Notes: generated from the sequence alone by a model not told the origin. Shown: positions 27,201 to 36,409, numbered from the stretch's first letter. The stretch: 42,854 nt of DNA from Clostridia bacterium (GCA_003563985.1 PWSR01000121.1:1-42854); one strand, 5' to 3'. Numbers and translations are program-made.

Positions 27201-27392
27201 GGTTTCACCTCTACCCGTTTGGAACCGCCCATGGCGGGAAGAATCATCCATGGGAACGGTCTTGGATCGATATCAGCTTGCATAGCCCATGATACAATGT
27301 CGACACCCGCGACCTCAATAGATTCCGCGATCTTCTCTATGCAATCGCCCATCGACGGACGATAGGTCCCGATACGGAAGTTAGCGGAGAAC

Positions 27393-27421
27393 TTGAAAGG
27401 AGCGGGCGTCTCCGATAAGAT
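27393..27421 (+). promoter_or_regulatory. sigma-A-type promoter for the FMN-binding lipoprotein gene
   Basis: TTGAAA (27393-27398), a 17-nt spacer, then TAAGAT (27416-27421), 68 nt upstream of ATG 27489. It lies in the lower-GC divergent intergenic region. Confidence 0.55.
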
Positions 27422-27488
27422 CCCTATATGTTTGCTGCGCGATATCATGGAAATCAACCATAGCCGAAATCGAGAGGAATGATGATGC

Positions 27489-28517
27489 ATGCCGAGGATC
27501 CCATACGCAGTAATCGCCGTACTCATCGCCCTGGCGATGAGCGTGGCAGCTTGTGGTGGCGCAGAACCCGCGCCGGTCGATGAAAACGGCCTGGGGCTCG
27601 CCGATGGAACGTACGAAGGCAACTCCGACGCCAATCGCCAGGGGTACGTTTGGGTCGAGGTCACCGTGTCCGATGGGGAGATTACCGATGTCGCCATGAA
27701 GGAGTTCCGCGGTGACGGCACGGAAAAGACGTCCGACAACTACGACTATGATGAGTGGTTTCAGGCCGTCGAGGAACTGCCCCAGGCCGTCGTGGATGAG
27801 CAATCCGCCGACGTGGACGCCGTGGCGGGAGCCACCGGAACCTCCGAGAAGTTCAAGCAGGCCGTGCGCCGCGCCCTGGGCGAAGAGGACGAAGAGACCG
27901 GTCCCTATGCCGATGGAGACCACACGGGATATTCCGATCCGGGTCCCCGCGGATACGTGTCCGCGCGGGTCGTCGTGCAACGCGGAACCATCACGCACGT
28001 AGAACTGAGGGAGTTCCAGGGTGATGGCACCGAGAAGACCCCGGAAACCTACGATTACGAAGAGTGGGCCGAGGCCGCAGAAGACCTGCCGTGGGCCGTC
28101 CTGGAGGAACAATCGGCGAACGTAGACGTCGTCGCAGGGGCAACCTCGACCTCCAACAAGTTCATGCAAGCCGTGCGCCGGGCATTGGGCGAAGAGGCCG
28201 CCTTCGATATGGGACCCTATGAGGACGGCACGTACGTCGGTCGCTCCGACGAAACCGAGCGGGGAGACTGGGTCGAGGCCGAGGTGAACATCCTCCTCGG
28301 CACCATCGTTGCCGTCTCCATGGAAGAGTACCGCGCCGACGGCGAGCCCAAGTCCCCCGAGACCTACGATTACGAGCCGTGGGTGGAAGCCGCCGAGGCA
28401 CTTCCGCAGGCCGTCGTGGATGCACAGTCCGCCGACGTGGACGCAGTGGCGGGAGCCACCTCCACGTCGAACCTGTTCATCCAGGCCGTGGAACGGGCCC
28501 TCGAGGACGCATCCTAG
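27489..28517 (+). CDS. lipoprotein with three tandem FMN-binding (FMN_bind) domains (PplA-like)
   Basis: 342 aa. The signal peptide carries the lipobox V-A-A-C (Cys codon 27552-27554). Three ~103-105-aa repeats each contain Y-D-Y-[DE]-[EP]-W and D-x-V-AGAT-[GS]-TS. The candidate Thr codons are 27834-27836, 28143-28145 and 28458-28460. Confidence 0.8.
   Translation: MPRIPYAVIAVLIALAMSVAACGGAEPAPVDENGLGLADGTYEGNSDANRQGYVWVEVTVSDGEITDVAMKEFRGDGTEKTSDNYDYDEWFQAVEELPQAVVDEQSADVDAVAGATGTSEKFKQAVRRALGEEDEETGPYADGDHTGYSDPGPRGYVSARVVVQRGTITHVELREFQGDGTEKTPETYDYEEWAEAAEDLPWAVLEEQSANVDVVAGATSTSNKFMQAVRRALGEEAAFDMGPYEDGTYVGRSDETERGDWVEAEVNILLGTIVAVSMEEYRADGEPKSPETYDYEPWVEAAEALPQAVVDAQSADVDAVAGATSTSNLFIQAVERALEDAS
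27594..28511 (+). repeat. intragenic tandem array of three FMN_bind domain repeats
   Basis: The block ...GDGTEKT-x-[DE]-x-YDY[DE]EW...LP-x-AV[VL][DE][EA]QSA[DN]VD-x-VAGAT-x-TS-x-x-F-x-QAV-x-RALGEE recurs three times. The DNA copies are similar but not identical. Confidence 0.8.
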
Positions 28518-28555
28518 GTCGCCCCGGTACCCAGGTCGTGTAAATGCGAGAGTGC

Positions 28556-28598
28556 AAAAGCGAGGCCCCCGGACATCCTCCGGGGGCCTCGCTTTTTC
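28556..28598 (+). terminator. rho-independent terminator after the FMN-binding lipoprotein gene
   Basis: AAAAG-GCGAGGCCCCCGG-acatcct-CCGGGGGCCTCGC-TTTTT. It has a perfect 13-bp stem, a 7-nt loop and a T5 run. The A-run on the other side makes it potentially bidirectional. Confidence 0.85.
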
Positions 28599-28766
28599 TT
28601 GGACAGCGATTCTCCGCTATCATTGTCGGCGCTCGCACCGCGGAGCAAGCGATCGACGGGCGGGTCCCGGACAACCGCGCGATCGGAACCGCAAATCCGG
28701 GGCCTTTCGCAGGGTCCGGGACTCTTGTGGGGAAATCCTCCGGTAGTGCGAAAGGAGTGAAGCCAT

Positions 28767-30605
28767 TTGCCACCCAGATATTTCGACGTCCACCGGGAAA
28801 CGACCCGGGTCCCGATGCGCGACGGTGTGTCCCTGGCCACCGACCTGTATTTCCCCGCGCAGGGAGGTACACCCCTTCCGGGGCCCCACCCCATCGTACT
28901 CGAGCGAACCCCGTACGATCGCACCGGCACCGCCCTGGCCCGCCACTGCTCGTTTTTCGCCCGGCGGGGTTACGTAGCCGTCGCCCAGGACGTTCGCGGA
29001 CGATTCGATTCCGAGGGCATCCCGGAGCCCTTTGGCCCCGTGGACGTCGAGGATGGATTCGATGCCTGCGAATGGTTGATGTCCCAGCCGTGGTGTGACG
29101 GGAACATCGGCACCATGGGCACATCCTACAGTGCGATGAACCAGGCTCACCTGGCCGCGTCCAACCCTCCCGGTCTGGCCTCCCAGTTCTTCAACCAGGG
29201 ATTTTCCAACAACTTCGCGGGACGTATTCGCCAGGGAGGTGCCCTGCGGCAAAGCATGGTGGCCTGGATCTTCCGCCAGGCGCCCGTCAGCCGAGAGGCC
29301 CTGGCGGACCCGGCACTTCGTGAGCTCCTGATGGACTGCTTCGCCCGGACCCAGGACTGGCTGGCCAAGGGTCCCATCCGACCGGGAACCACCCCCCTGC
29401 GCCACCTACCCGAGTACGAGGACCACGCGGTCCAAATCACGACGCGGGGCGAGTTGGACGCCTGGTGGAAGCGCCGCGGCATCTGGATGGAGGGACGGTG
29501 GGACGAATTACCCGACGTGCCTCGATACCTTGCGAGCGGTTGGTACGATTCCCATTCCCACGTGGTGACGGCCGCCTTCCGGGAACTATCCGCCCGGCAA
29601 CAGTCCCCCCTACGGCTGATCATGGGGCCCTGGACCCACGGGGGACTGACCCCGGAGATCCCCCGGGCCGGGGAAGCGCACTTCGGGGTGGAGGCCGCCC
29701 CCGAATGGAACGAGCTCCGCCTCGCCTGGTTCGACGAAACGCTGCGGGGTATGGACGCAGGGTTGGGGGATGAACCCCCGGTGAAGATATTCGTGATGGG
29801 CGGGGGTTCCGGCCTTCGCCTTCGCAACGAGCCGGACCTTTCCATCGACGTCGGGGGATCCTGGAGATTCGAGGAGGAATGGCCTCCGGCGAGGACGATC
29901 TATACTCCATTCTACCTGGGGGCCGGAGGATCGCTGAGCCCCGAAGAACCCGCGGCCGACGGGGCCGGCACGACCTTCCGCTTCAACCCGGCAGATCCGG
30001 TGCCCACGGTGGGGGGTCCCCTGTCTTCGGTGCAGGGACTCCGCATGGTCGCGGGGGCCTTCGACCAATGCTCCCGCCCCGACCTGGGACACGAAGACGA
30101 CCTACCCGTGGCCTCGAGGCCCGACGTGCTCGTCTTCCAAACGCCGCCCCTGAGAAGGGGCGTAGAGGTGACCGGCCACATCGAGGCCCGGCTGTTCGTG
30201 TCCTCCAGCGCCGTCGACACGGACTTCACGGTAAAACTCATCGATGTCTACCCGCCCAACCCGGACTTTCCCGACGGGTTGGCACTGAACGTCACCGATG
30301 GGATCCAGCGAGCGCGATATCGCGAATCGCCGGAGAAGCCGGCGTTGCTCTCCCCCGGCGAGGTGGTATCCTTGAGGGTGGAGCTGCCGCCGACATCGCT
30401 GTACTTCGCCCCGGGGCATCGAATCCGCGTGGATATTTCCAGCAGCAACTGGCCCCGCTTCGATGTCAATCCGAACACCGGCGATCCCATGGGGCGTCAC
30501 CGGAGATTCGAGATCGCCAGGAACACCGTATACCATGATCGCGATCGCCCTTCCCAAGTAGTACTTCCCCTGATTCCGGCGAAGGGCGTGACCGAAGAGG
30601 AGTGA
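28767..30605 (+). CDS. CocE/NonD-family (S15, X-Pro dipeptidyl-peptidase-like) alpha/beta hydrolase
   Basis: 612 aa. TTG start has an AAAGGAG Shine-Dalgarno 6-8 nt upstream. Family elements seen:
- N-terminal VPMRDGVSLATDLYFP...PIVLERTPYDR.
- VAQDVRGRFDSEG.
- The nucleophile elbow GTMGTSYSA.
- A C-terminal jelly-roll tail ending VYHDRDRPSQVVLPLIP.
No signal peptide is present. Confidence 0.85.
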   Translation: MPPRYFDVHRETTRVPMRDGVSLATDLYFPAQGGTPLPGPHPIVLERTPYDRTGTALARHCSFFARRGYVAVAQDVRGRFDSEGIPEPFGPVDVEDGFDACEWLMSQPWCDGNIGTMGTSYSAMNQAHLAASNPPGLASQFFNQGFSNNFAGRIRQGGALRQSMVAWIFRQAPVSREALADPALRELLMDCFARTQDWLAKGPIRPGTTPLRHLPEYEDHAVQITTRGELDAWWKRRGIWMEGRWDELPDVPRYLASGWYDSHSHVVTAAFRELSARQQSPLRLIMGPWTHGGLTPEIPRAGEAHFGVEAAPEWNELRLAWFDETLRGMDAGLGDEPPVKIFVMGGGSGLRLRNEPDLSIDVGGSWRFEEEWPPARTIYTPFYLGAGGSLSPEEPAADGAGTTFRFNPADPVPTVGGPLSSVQGLRMVAGAFDQCSRPDLGHEDDLPVASRPDVLVFQTPPLRRGVEVTGHIEARLFVSSSAVDTDFTVKLIDVYPPNPDFPDGLALNVTDGIQRARYRESPEKPALLSPGEVVSLRVELPPTSLYFAPGHRIRVDISSSNWPRFDVNPNTGDPMGRHRRFEIARNTVYHDRDRPSQVVLPLIPAKGVTEEE

Positions 30606-30612
30606 TCACAGT

Positions 30613-32937
30613 ATGAGTACCCGCATTTCTCGCGAGAAGTTGGAAGCAGCCCTCCCGAAGATTGAGGGAGAAATGGAAGTCATGGGAGCCGAGGGACCGA
30701 TACGGATTCACCGGGACGCCTGGGGTATTCCCCACGTGGAAGCAACCACCCCCGCAGACGCCTTCTTCGGCCAGGGGTTCGCCGCCGCCGCGGATCGCCT
30801 CTTCCAAATGGACTCGGATCGCCTGCGAGCGGCGGGGAGATGGGCGGAGATGATGGGCGAGGATGGTGTCGAATCCGACATCATGATGCGCAAGATGGGA
30901 CTCGCCCGCTCGGCCCGAAGGGATTTCCCCCTGTTGAAGGCCAGTACGCGCGGCATGCTCCGGGCCTATTCGGCCGGTGTAAATGCGTACTTGCGGAACG
31001 CCGACTCCCTCCCGGTGGAGTACGAGCTCACCGGAACGGAACCGGAGCCGTGGAAGCCCTGGCACTCCCTATCCGTCTTCCTGGTGCGGCACGTGGCCAT
31101 GGGAAGCCGGGAGATGAAGACCTTTCGGGCACAGTTGGTCACCTTGCTCGGGCCCGACAGGGCGGCGGCCCTCTTTCCGGGGTACGCCCCCGGGCACCCG
31201 TTGATCCTTCCACCGGGCGAGGCCTACGAACCGGAACGAATCGGGGAGGCGCTGGCCGCCTTCCGCCGGGCCGTCGACGATCTACATTGGTTGGGTGACG
31301 GCTCGGACGGCAGTAACAACTGGGTTATCTCCGGGGAGCGCACCGATTCGGGTCTCCCCCTCTTGGCCGGCGACCCCCACCGAATGCTGGAAGTACCCAA
31401 CACCTACTGGCAAAATCACCTGTATTGCCCCGAGATGGAAACCATCGGGCTGTCCTTCCCGGGGGTTCCGGGGTTCCCCCACTTCGGTCACAACGACCGG
31501 GTGGCGTGGTGCATCACCCACACCGGAGCGGACACCCAGGATCTCTTCGTCGAGCGTTTCTCCGATGGCCAATACCTCTACCGGGGCGAATGGTTGCGCC
31601 CCGAGGGCCGCTGGGAAAAGATCCGCGTTCGGGGCCGGGAGGATGACCTGGAAGTCCAGGTCATCGAAACCCGCAACGGGGCCATCGTCGCCGGGGATAC
31701 CGAGGACGGCTACGGGCTCAGTTTCCGCTGGACCGCGACCCACGAACCCAACACCACCATGAACTGCCTCGTCCCCATGATGGGAGCCGATTCGGCCGAG
31801 GCGCTGGAAGAGGCGGTACGCGGCTGGGTGGATCCCTGTAATAACCTGCTCTTCGCCGACGTCGAGGGCGATTTCGGCTATCGCGTACGCGGTCGCCTCC
31901 CCGTCCGTTCGCCCCGGGCGGGCTGGGTTCCGTTGCCGGGCTGGACGGGCGAGGGCGACTGGGAGGGCTACGTGCCCTTCGAAGAGATGCCGGCGGATCG
32001 CGACCCGGAGAATGGGGTCTTTGCCACGGCCAACAACCGGGTGGTGGGAGATGAGTTTCCACATTACATCGCGGTGGACTTCGCCCCGGGCTACCGGGCC
32101 ATGCGGCTGTTCGAGATGCTGGGAGAGCGCGAGCGTTTCGCCATCGAGGATATGCCTTCCCTGCACTCCGACATCGTCTCCCTGGCCGCCCGGGAGTTGT
32201 GCCCGTCCCTCGCGGGTGTGGAACCCGACGATGACCGGGTCCGCTGGGCCCGCGACCTTCTCTTGGACTGGGACGGCGTCGTCCGGGCCGGTGCCATCGA
32301 ACCCACCATCTACAGTACCTTCCGCGAGATTCTCATGGACGAAGTGCTGCGGGGGCTACTGGGCGACCGGGCGGGCGAGATCCTCGAGGGACCCACGGCC
32401 GCCCGGCTCATGATGCGACTCCGGGGTGCCGTGGCCGACGCCATCACCCGGAACGATGCCACCCTCCTACCCGGGGAGAGCGATTGGAGCCCCGCACTGG
32501 CGCGCTCCCTGGAGCGGGCCGTGTTCGTCCTCAAGGAGAACCTGGGAACCGAGGAGTCGGAATGGCACTGGGGCAATGTCCACCGGGCGATCCCGCGACA
32601 CCCCCTGGGGATGCAGTTCCCCGACGCCTCTCACCTGCTGGATCCGCCCGATTTCCCCATGGGCGGGGACTCGGACACGGTGCAGGCAGCGGCATACCTG
32701 CCCGGGAGCGGGTTCTCCGTGGTGGGGACCGCCGTGGCGCGCTACGCCTTCGACCTATCCGACTGGAATCGATCGGGATGGATCGTACCCCTGGGTGGAT
32801 CGGGACACCCCGGAAGTCGACACTACACCGACCAGGCGGGTTCCTGGTCGGACCATCGGCTGATCCCCATGCTCTACGATTGGGAGGAGATCGCGGGCGG
32901 CTGCGAAGGGATTCTCACGCTGCAACCCCGGGAATAA
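30613..32937 (+). CDS. penicillin acylase-family Ntn hydrolase (penicillin/cephalosporin/AHL-acylase-like)
   Basis: 774 aa. The alpha-subunit start is IHRDAWGIPHVEATTPADAFFGQGFAAAADRLFQMD. The autoprocessing site is GS-DG|SNNWVISGERTDSGLPLLAGDPH, with the nucleophile Ser codon at 31312-31314. No N-terminal signal peptide is present. Confidence 0.9.
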   Translation: MSTRISREKLEAALPKIEGEMEVMGAEGPIRIHRDAWGIPHVEATTPADAFFGQGFAAAADRLFQMDSDRLRAAGRWAEMMGEDGVESDIMMRKMGLARSARRDFPLLKASTRGMLRAYSAGVNAYLRNADSLPVEYELTGTEPEPWKPWHSLSVFLVRHVAMGSREMKTFRAQLVTLLGPDRAAALFPGYAPGHPLILPPGEAYEPERIGEALAAFRRAVDDLHWLGDGSDGSNNWVISGERTDSGLPLLAGDPHRMLEVPNTYWQNHLYCPEMETIGLSFPGVPGFPHFGHNDRVAWCITHTGADTQDLFVERFSDGQYLYRGEWLRPEGRWEKIRVRGREDDLEVQVIETRNGAIVAGDTEDGYGLSFRWTATHEPNTTMNCLVPMMGADSAEALEEAVRGWVDPCNNLLFADVEGDFGYRVRGRLPVRSPRAGWVPLPGWTGEGDWEGYVPFEEMPADRDPENGVFATANNRVVGDEFPHYIAVDFAPGYRAMRLFEMLGERERFAIEDMPSLHSDIVSLAARELCPSLAGVEPDDDRVRWARDLLLDWDGVVRAGAIEPTIYSTFREILMDEVLRGLLGDRAGEILEGPTAARLMMRLRGAVADAITRNDATLLPGESDWSPALARSLERAVFVLKENLGTEESEWHWGNVHRAIPRHPLGMQFPDASHLLDPPDFPMGGDSDTVQAAAYLPGSGFSVVGTAVARYAFDLSDWNRSGWIVPLGGSGHPGSRHYTDQAGSWSDHRLIPMLYDWEEIAGGCEGILTLQPRE

Positions 32938-32950
32938 CAGGAGAGGGAGC

Positions 32951-32988
32951 CGGCGGGGTGGAGAACAGATTGTTCTTCCACCCCGCCG
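32951..32988 (+). terminator. long hairpin after the acylase gene (possible attenuator/terminator)
   Basis: CGGCGGGGTGGAGAACA-gat-TGTTCTTCCACCCCGCCG forms a stem of about 16 bp with one bulge, 14 nt after the stop. No T-tract follows. Confidence 0.4.
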
Positions 32989-33043
32989 ACCGATCCTGCG
33001 GACACCTTACTTCGAATACGGAAGCGCAGGAAGGATGATACCC

Positions 33044-33379
33044 ATGGTCGATAACGATGGCAGCGGCGTCTGGAGTCGGGCGGCGAACCTCGAGGGGCTC
33101 GTGGACTACCAGGAGGATGCAGTGGTCAGTCGCACCCTGATTCAAAGGGACACCGGGACGGTGACCCTCTTCGCCTTCGACGAGGGCCAGAGCCTCAGCG
33201 AGCACACCGCCCCCTTCGACGCCCTGGTGCAGGTACTAGACGGTGAGGCCACCATAACCATCTCCGGCACCGAGCATCGGGTCACCGCTGGGCAGGCCAT
33301 CATCATGCCGGCGGACGAACCCCACGGCCTCTCGGCCGCGACCTCGTTCAAGATGCTCCTCACCATGATCCGTTCTTAA
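33044..33379 (+). CDS. cupin-domain protein
   Basis: About 111 aa with a cupin_2-like pattern: SEHTAPFDALVQVLDGEATITISGTEHRVTAGQAIIMPADEPHGL. ATG 33044 has an AGGAAGGA Shine-Dalgarno 8 nt upstream. The track start at 33035 abuts the Shine-Dalgarno. Confidence 0.75.
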   Translation: MVDNDGSGVWSRAANLEGLVDYQEDAVVSRTLIQRDTGTVTLFAFDEGQSLSEHTAPFDALVQVLDGEATITISGTEHRVTAGQAIIMPADEPHGLSAATSFKMLLTMIRS

Positions 33380-33559
33380 ACGACTCCCGGACACACCGCC
33401 CGACCCGCGCATCCTTCCACACCCGGTCGGACCGTGTGTCCTGTGGTTCTTACGGCGAGCAAGGCGAGGACGGGCGAGATCGCCCGGCGATGGAGGCTGG
33501 GGTCGTTGGAATGGCGGACAGAAGAATATGCGAATCCGACGGAATGGAGTGGGAATAGC

Positions 33560-34300
33560 ATGGACACGGTCATTGTAACGGGTGGCAGCCACGGCATCGG
33601 GAGAGCCACGTGCGTCCGCTTTGCTCGGGAGGGTTACCATGTCGCGGTGATGGACATCGAAGAGGATGCGGGACAAGACGTGGTGCGGGAGATCGAGGAA
33701 GCGGGAGGAAGTGCCGACTTCTGGCAAACCGACGTAGGGAACGCGGAGAGCGTACGCGACGCCGTGGAGGGAATCCTCGGGCGATGGGGCAGCATCGAGG
33801 CCCTCGTAAGCAACGCGGCGATCATCAACCGGGGAGGGTTGGAGACGCTGACGCTGGAGGAATGGGATGAACAGGTACGCGTGAACCTGACGGGCAGTTT
33901 CCTCGTATCCCGGGAAGTCGCCGCCCACATGATCGAAGCCCACAAAGGCGCCATCGTCCACGTTTCCTCGATCACCGGCACCCACGGCGGCGCCAACGGA
34001 GCCGGATACGTCGCCACCAAGGGCGGCATCCTGGCGATGGGCATGTCCATCGCCCTCGACCTGGCACCCCACGGCGTGCGCGTGAATGCCGTGGCCCCGG
34101 GAACCGTCTCGACCCGGCTCACCCGGGAGAAGCTATCCGAGCCCGCCAGGGCTTCGCAGATCGCCGCGGGCATTCCCCTGGGGCGGGCGGCAGAACCCGA
34201 GGATATCGCCGACGTCATCCATTTCCTCTGCACCGACGACGCCCGCTACATGACGGGGTCCGTGGTAACCGTGGACGGGGGCATCACCGCGTCACCCTAG
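33560..34300 (+). CDS. SDR-family oxidoreductase
   Basis: Trimmed to ATG 33560 (MDTVIVTGGSHGIGRA...). It has TGxxxGIG, NAAI, the catalytic YVATK (YxxxK) and PGTV. Confidence 0.85.
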   Translation: MDTVIVTGGSHGIGRATCVRFAREGYHVAVMDIEEDAGQDVVREIEEAGGSADFWQTDVGNAESVRDAVEGILGRWGSIEALVSNAAIINRGGLETLTLEEWDEQVRVNLTGSFLVSREVAAHMIEAHKGAIVHVSSITGTHGGANGAGYVATKGGILAMGMSIALDLAPHGVRVNAVAPGTVSTRLTREKLSEPARASQIAAGIPLGRAAEPEDIADVIHFLCTDDARYMTGSVVTVDGGITASP

Positions 34301-34341
34301 CCCACCAAATACCTCCCAGGAATTTGTCACAGACACAGAGC

Positions 34342-34369
34342 AGCCCCCGGGGAACGTCCCGGGGGCTTT
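34342..34369. terminator. bidirectional terminator between convergent SDR and clpX
   Basis: AGCCCCCGGG-gaacgt-CCCGGGGGCT forms a perfect 10-bp stem, followed by TTTC. Confidence 0.6.
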
Positions 34370-34397
34370 CGATTACAAAGATAGTCGATCGCCCAGG

Positions 34398-35663
34398 TTA
34401 CGCGGTCTCTTCCTCTTCTCGCTCGTCTTCTGATCCCGTGATAATGATCGGCTCCACGTCCTGGCGCACAGCCTCTTCTGTGATGACGACCTTCTTCACG
34501 TCGCAACGCGAGGGTAGATCATACATGATATCCAACATCAGGTCCTCGATGATGGAGCGCAATCCCCTGGCACCGGTATTCCGCTTCATCGCCAACTCGG
34601 CGATGGCCGTCAGGGCACCCGGCTGAAATTCCAGCTCGATGTGGTCCATCTCGAAGAACTTGCCGTACTGCCTCGTGAGCGCATTCTTCGGTTGCACCAG
34701 GATGTCCACCAGGGCCTCCTGGTCCAGTTGGCCCAGGGTTGCGACGACGGGCAGACGACCGACGAACTCCGGAATGAGGCCGTATTTCAGGAGATCCTCG
34801 GGCATGACCTGCGCCAATACTGCCCCGATCTCTTCCTCGCTGGCGGTCTTGATATCCGCCCCAAACCCCATGATCTTGCGGCCGATGCGCTGCCGTATGA
34901 TGTTATCGAGGCCGTCGAAGGCACCTCCCACGATGAACAGGATGTTCCTGGTATCGATCTGCAAGAACTCCTGGTGCGGGTGCTTCCTGCCTCCCTGCGG
35001 TGGCACGCTGGCCACGGTCCCCTCGAGGATCTTCAGGAGGGCCTGCTGGACACCTTCACCGGACACATCCCGGGTTATGGACGGGTTCTCCGATTTCCGG
35101 GCCACCTTGTCGATCTCGTCGATGTAGATGATCCCCTTTTCGGCGCGATCAATGTCGTAGTCCGCAGCCTGGATCAGTTTCAACAGGATGTTCTCGACGT
35201 CCTCGCCGACGTAACCCGCCTCGGTGAGGGAGGTAGCGTCGGTGATGGCGAAGGGCACGTCCAGCACGCGGGCCAGGGTCTGGGCGAGCAACGTCTTTCC
35301 GCATCCCGTCGGGCCCAGCAGCAGGATGTTGCTCTTGTCGAGCTCGACATCCTCGACCTTGCTCTCCATCCGCACCCTCTTGTAGTGATTGTAGACCGCC
35401 ACGGAAAGAATGCGCTTGGCGCGCTCCTGGCCGATGACGTATTCATCCAGGAATTCCTTGATCTCGTGGGGCGGCGGGAGTTCCTCGATCAGTTCGAGGT
35501 CGTCCTCCTCGACCAGTTCCTCGAGGATGATATCGTTGCACAGGGCGATGCACTCATCGCAAATGTACACCCCCGGACCCGCCACCAAGCGTCGGACCTG
35601 TTCCTGGTACTTGCCGCAAAAAGAGCATTTGAGTTGACCCTTGTCGTCGCTAAATTTGAACAT
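34398..35663 (-). CDS. clpX: ATP-dependent Clp protease ATP-binding subunit ClpX
   Basis: Trimmed to ATG 35663 (GGAGAGGAAGG Shine-Dalgarno). It has the zinc-binding domain CSFCGK...CDECIALC, the Walker A motif [14 protein letters not shown], the Walker B motif IIYIDEIDK and a pore loop GYVG. Confidence 0.95.
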   Translation of the reverse strand: MFKFSDDKGQLKCSFCGKYQEQVRRLVAGPGVYICDECIALCNDIILEELVEEDDLELIEELPPPHEIKEFLDEYVIGQERAKRILSVAVYNHYKRVRMESKVEDVELDKSNILLLGPTGCGKTLLAQTLARVLDVPFAITDATSLTEAGYVGEDVENILLKLIQAADYDIDRAEKGIIYIDEIDKVARKSENPSITRDVSGEGVQQALLKILEGTVASVPPQGGRKHPHQEFLQIDTRNILFIVGGAFDGLDNIIRQRIGRKIMGFGADIKTASEEEIGAVLAQVMPEDLLKYGLIPEFVGRLPVVATLGQLDQEALVDILVQPKNALTRQYGKFFEMDHIELEFQPGALTAIAELAMKRNTGARGLRSIIEDLMLDIMYDLPSRCDVKKVVITEEAVRQDVEPIIITGSEDEREEEETA

Positions 35664-35719
35664 CCTTCCTCTCCTTTCTATCCCGCCCCGGTTTCGGGTG
35701 GGGTGGAATAGACGGAAGT

Positions 35720-36313
35720 TCACTCGCCTTTTTTCGGGTACAATACCGTGTCGATGATCCCGTACTTTTTCGCCTCTTCGGAGGACATGAAGAAATCCCT
35801 GTCGGAATCCTTCTCGATCTGCTTCACCGTCTTCCCGGTGTGACTCGCCATGAGTTCCGCGTACCGACGGCGCATCTTGATGATCTCGTCGGCGTAGATC
35901 TTCACGTCCGAGGCACTGCCGCCGGCGCTACCGGAGGGCTGATGGATCATGATTCGCGCGTTGGGGAGGGCGTGCCGCTTACCCTCCGTCCCACCGGCCA
36001 GGAGGAGGGCCGACATGCTGGCCGAAAGTCCCAGGCAGTAGGTGACAACGTCGGGCTTGATGTGCTGCATGGTATCGTAAATCCCGAGCCCCGAATCCAC
36101 CGCACCGCCGGGCGAGTTAATGTACATGGAGATCTCGCGATCCGGGTCATCGGCCTCCAGGAAGAGAAGTTGGGCGATGATCAGGTTGGCGATATGGTCA
36201 TCGATTGCCGTGCCCACGAAGACGATCCGATCCTTCAGTAGGCGCGAATATATATCGTAAGCACGCTCTCCGCGAGCCGTCTGCTCCACTACCATGGGAA
36301 CCAAATTCATCAT
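35720..36313 (-). CDS. clpP: ATP-dependent Clp protease proteolytic subunit ClpP
   Basis: It begins (M)[31 protein letters not shown]. The catalytic Ser context is [14 protein letters not shown] and the His context is IMIHQPSG. The start is ATG 36313 or 36310. Confidence 0.95.
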   Translation of the reverse strand: MMNLVPMVVEQTARGERAYDIYSRLLKDRIVFVGTAIDDHIANLIIAQLLFLEADDPDREISMYINSPGGAVDSGLGIYDTMQHIKPDVVTYCLGLSASMSALLLAGGTEGKRHALPNARIMIHQPSGSAGGSASDVKIYADEIIKMRRRYAELMASHTGKTVKQIEKDSDRDFFMSSEEAKKYGIIDTVLYPKKGE

Positions 36314-36409
36314 TGCACACCCCTTCGACATTCATGCCCCCGGGCGAAAACGCGAGTGCCGGGTCGTTCATTACTACCATACCACAGGAGAGACCCTTTC
36401 ACGCCGCGT

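Noticed and set aside
27252-27488. Possible FMN (RFN) riboswitch or other leader RNA in the lower-GC divergent region between the two FMN_bind genes. There is also an extended -10-like TGATACAAT at 27290-27298.
   Set aside because: I could not find the conserved RFN core elements (for example the GGGCAGGGTGAAATTCC-type segments). The TTGAAA-17-TAAGAT promoter at 27393-27421 leaves only a short leader. The upstream TGATACAAT has no -35 element and may be fortuitous. An Rfam scan would settle it.
33389-33441. Interrupted long hairpin after the cupin gene (GGACACAC...CCGACC / GGTCGG...GTGTGTCC) followed by TGTGGTTCTT.
   Set aside because: It is plausible as a terminator separating the cupin from the SDR gene. 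However, it has two internal mismatched segments and an 18-19-nt loop, which is too uncertain to list as a feature.
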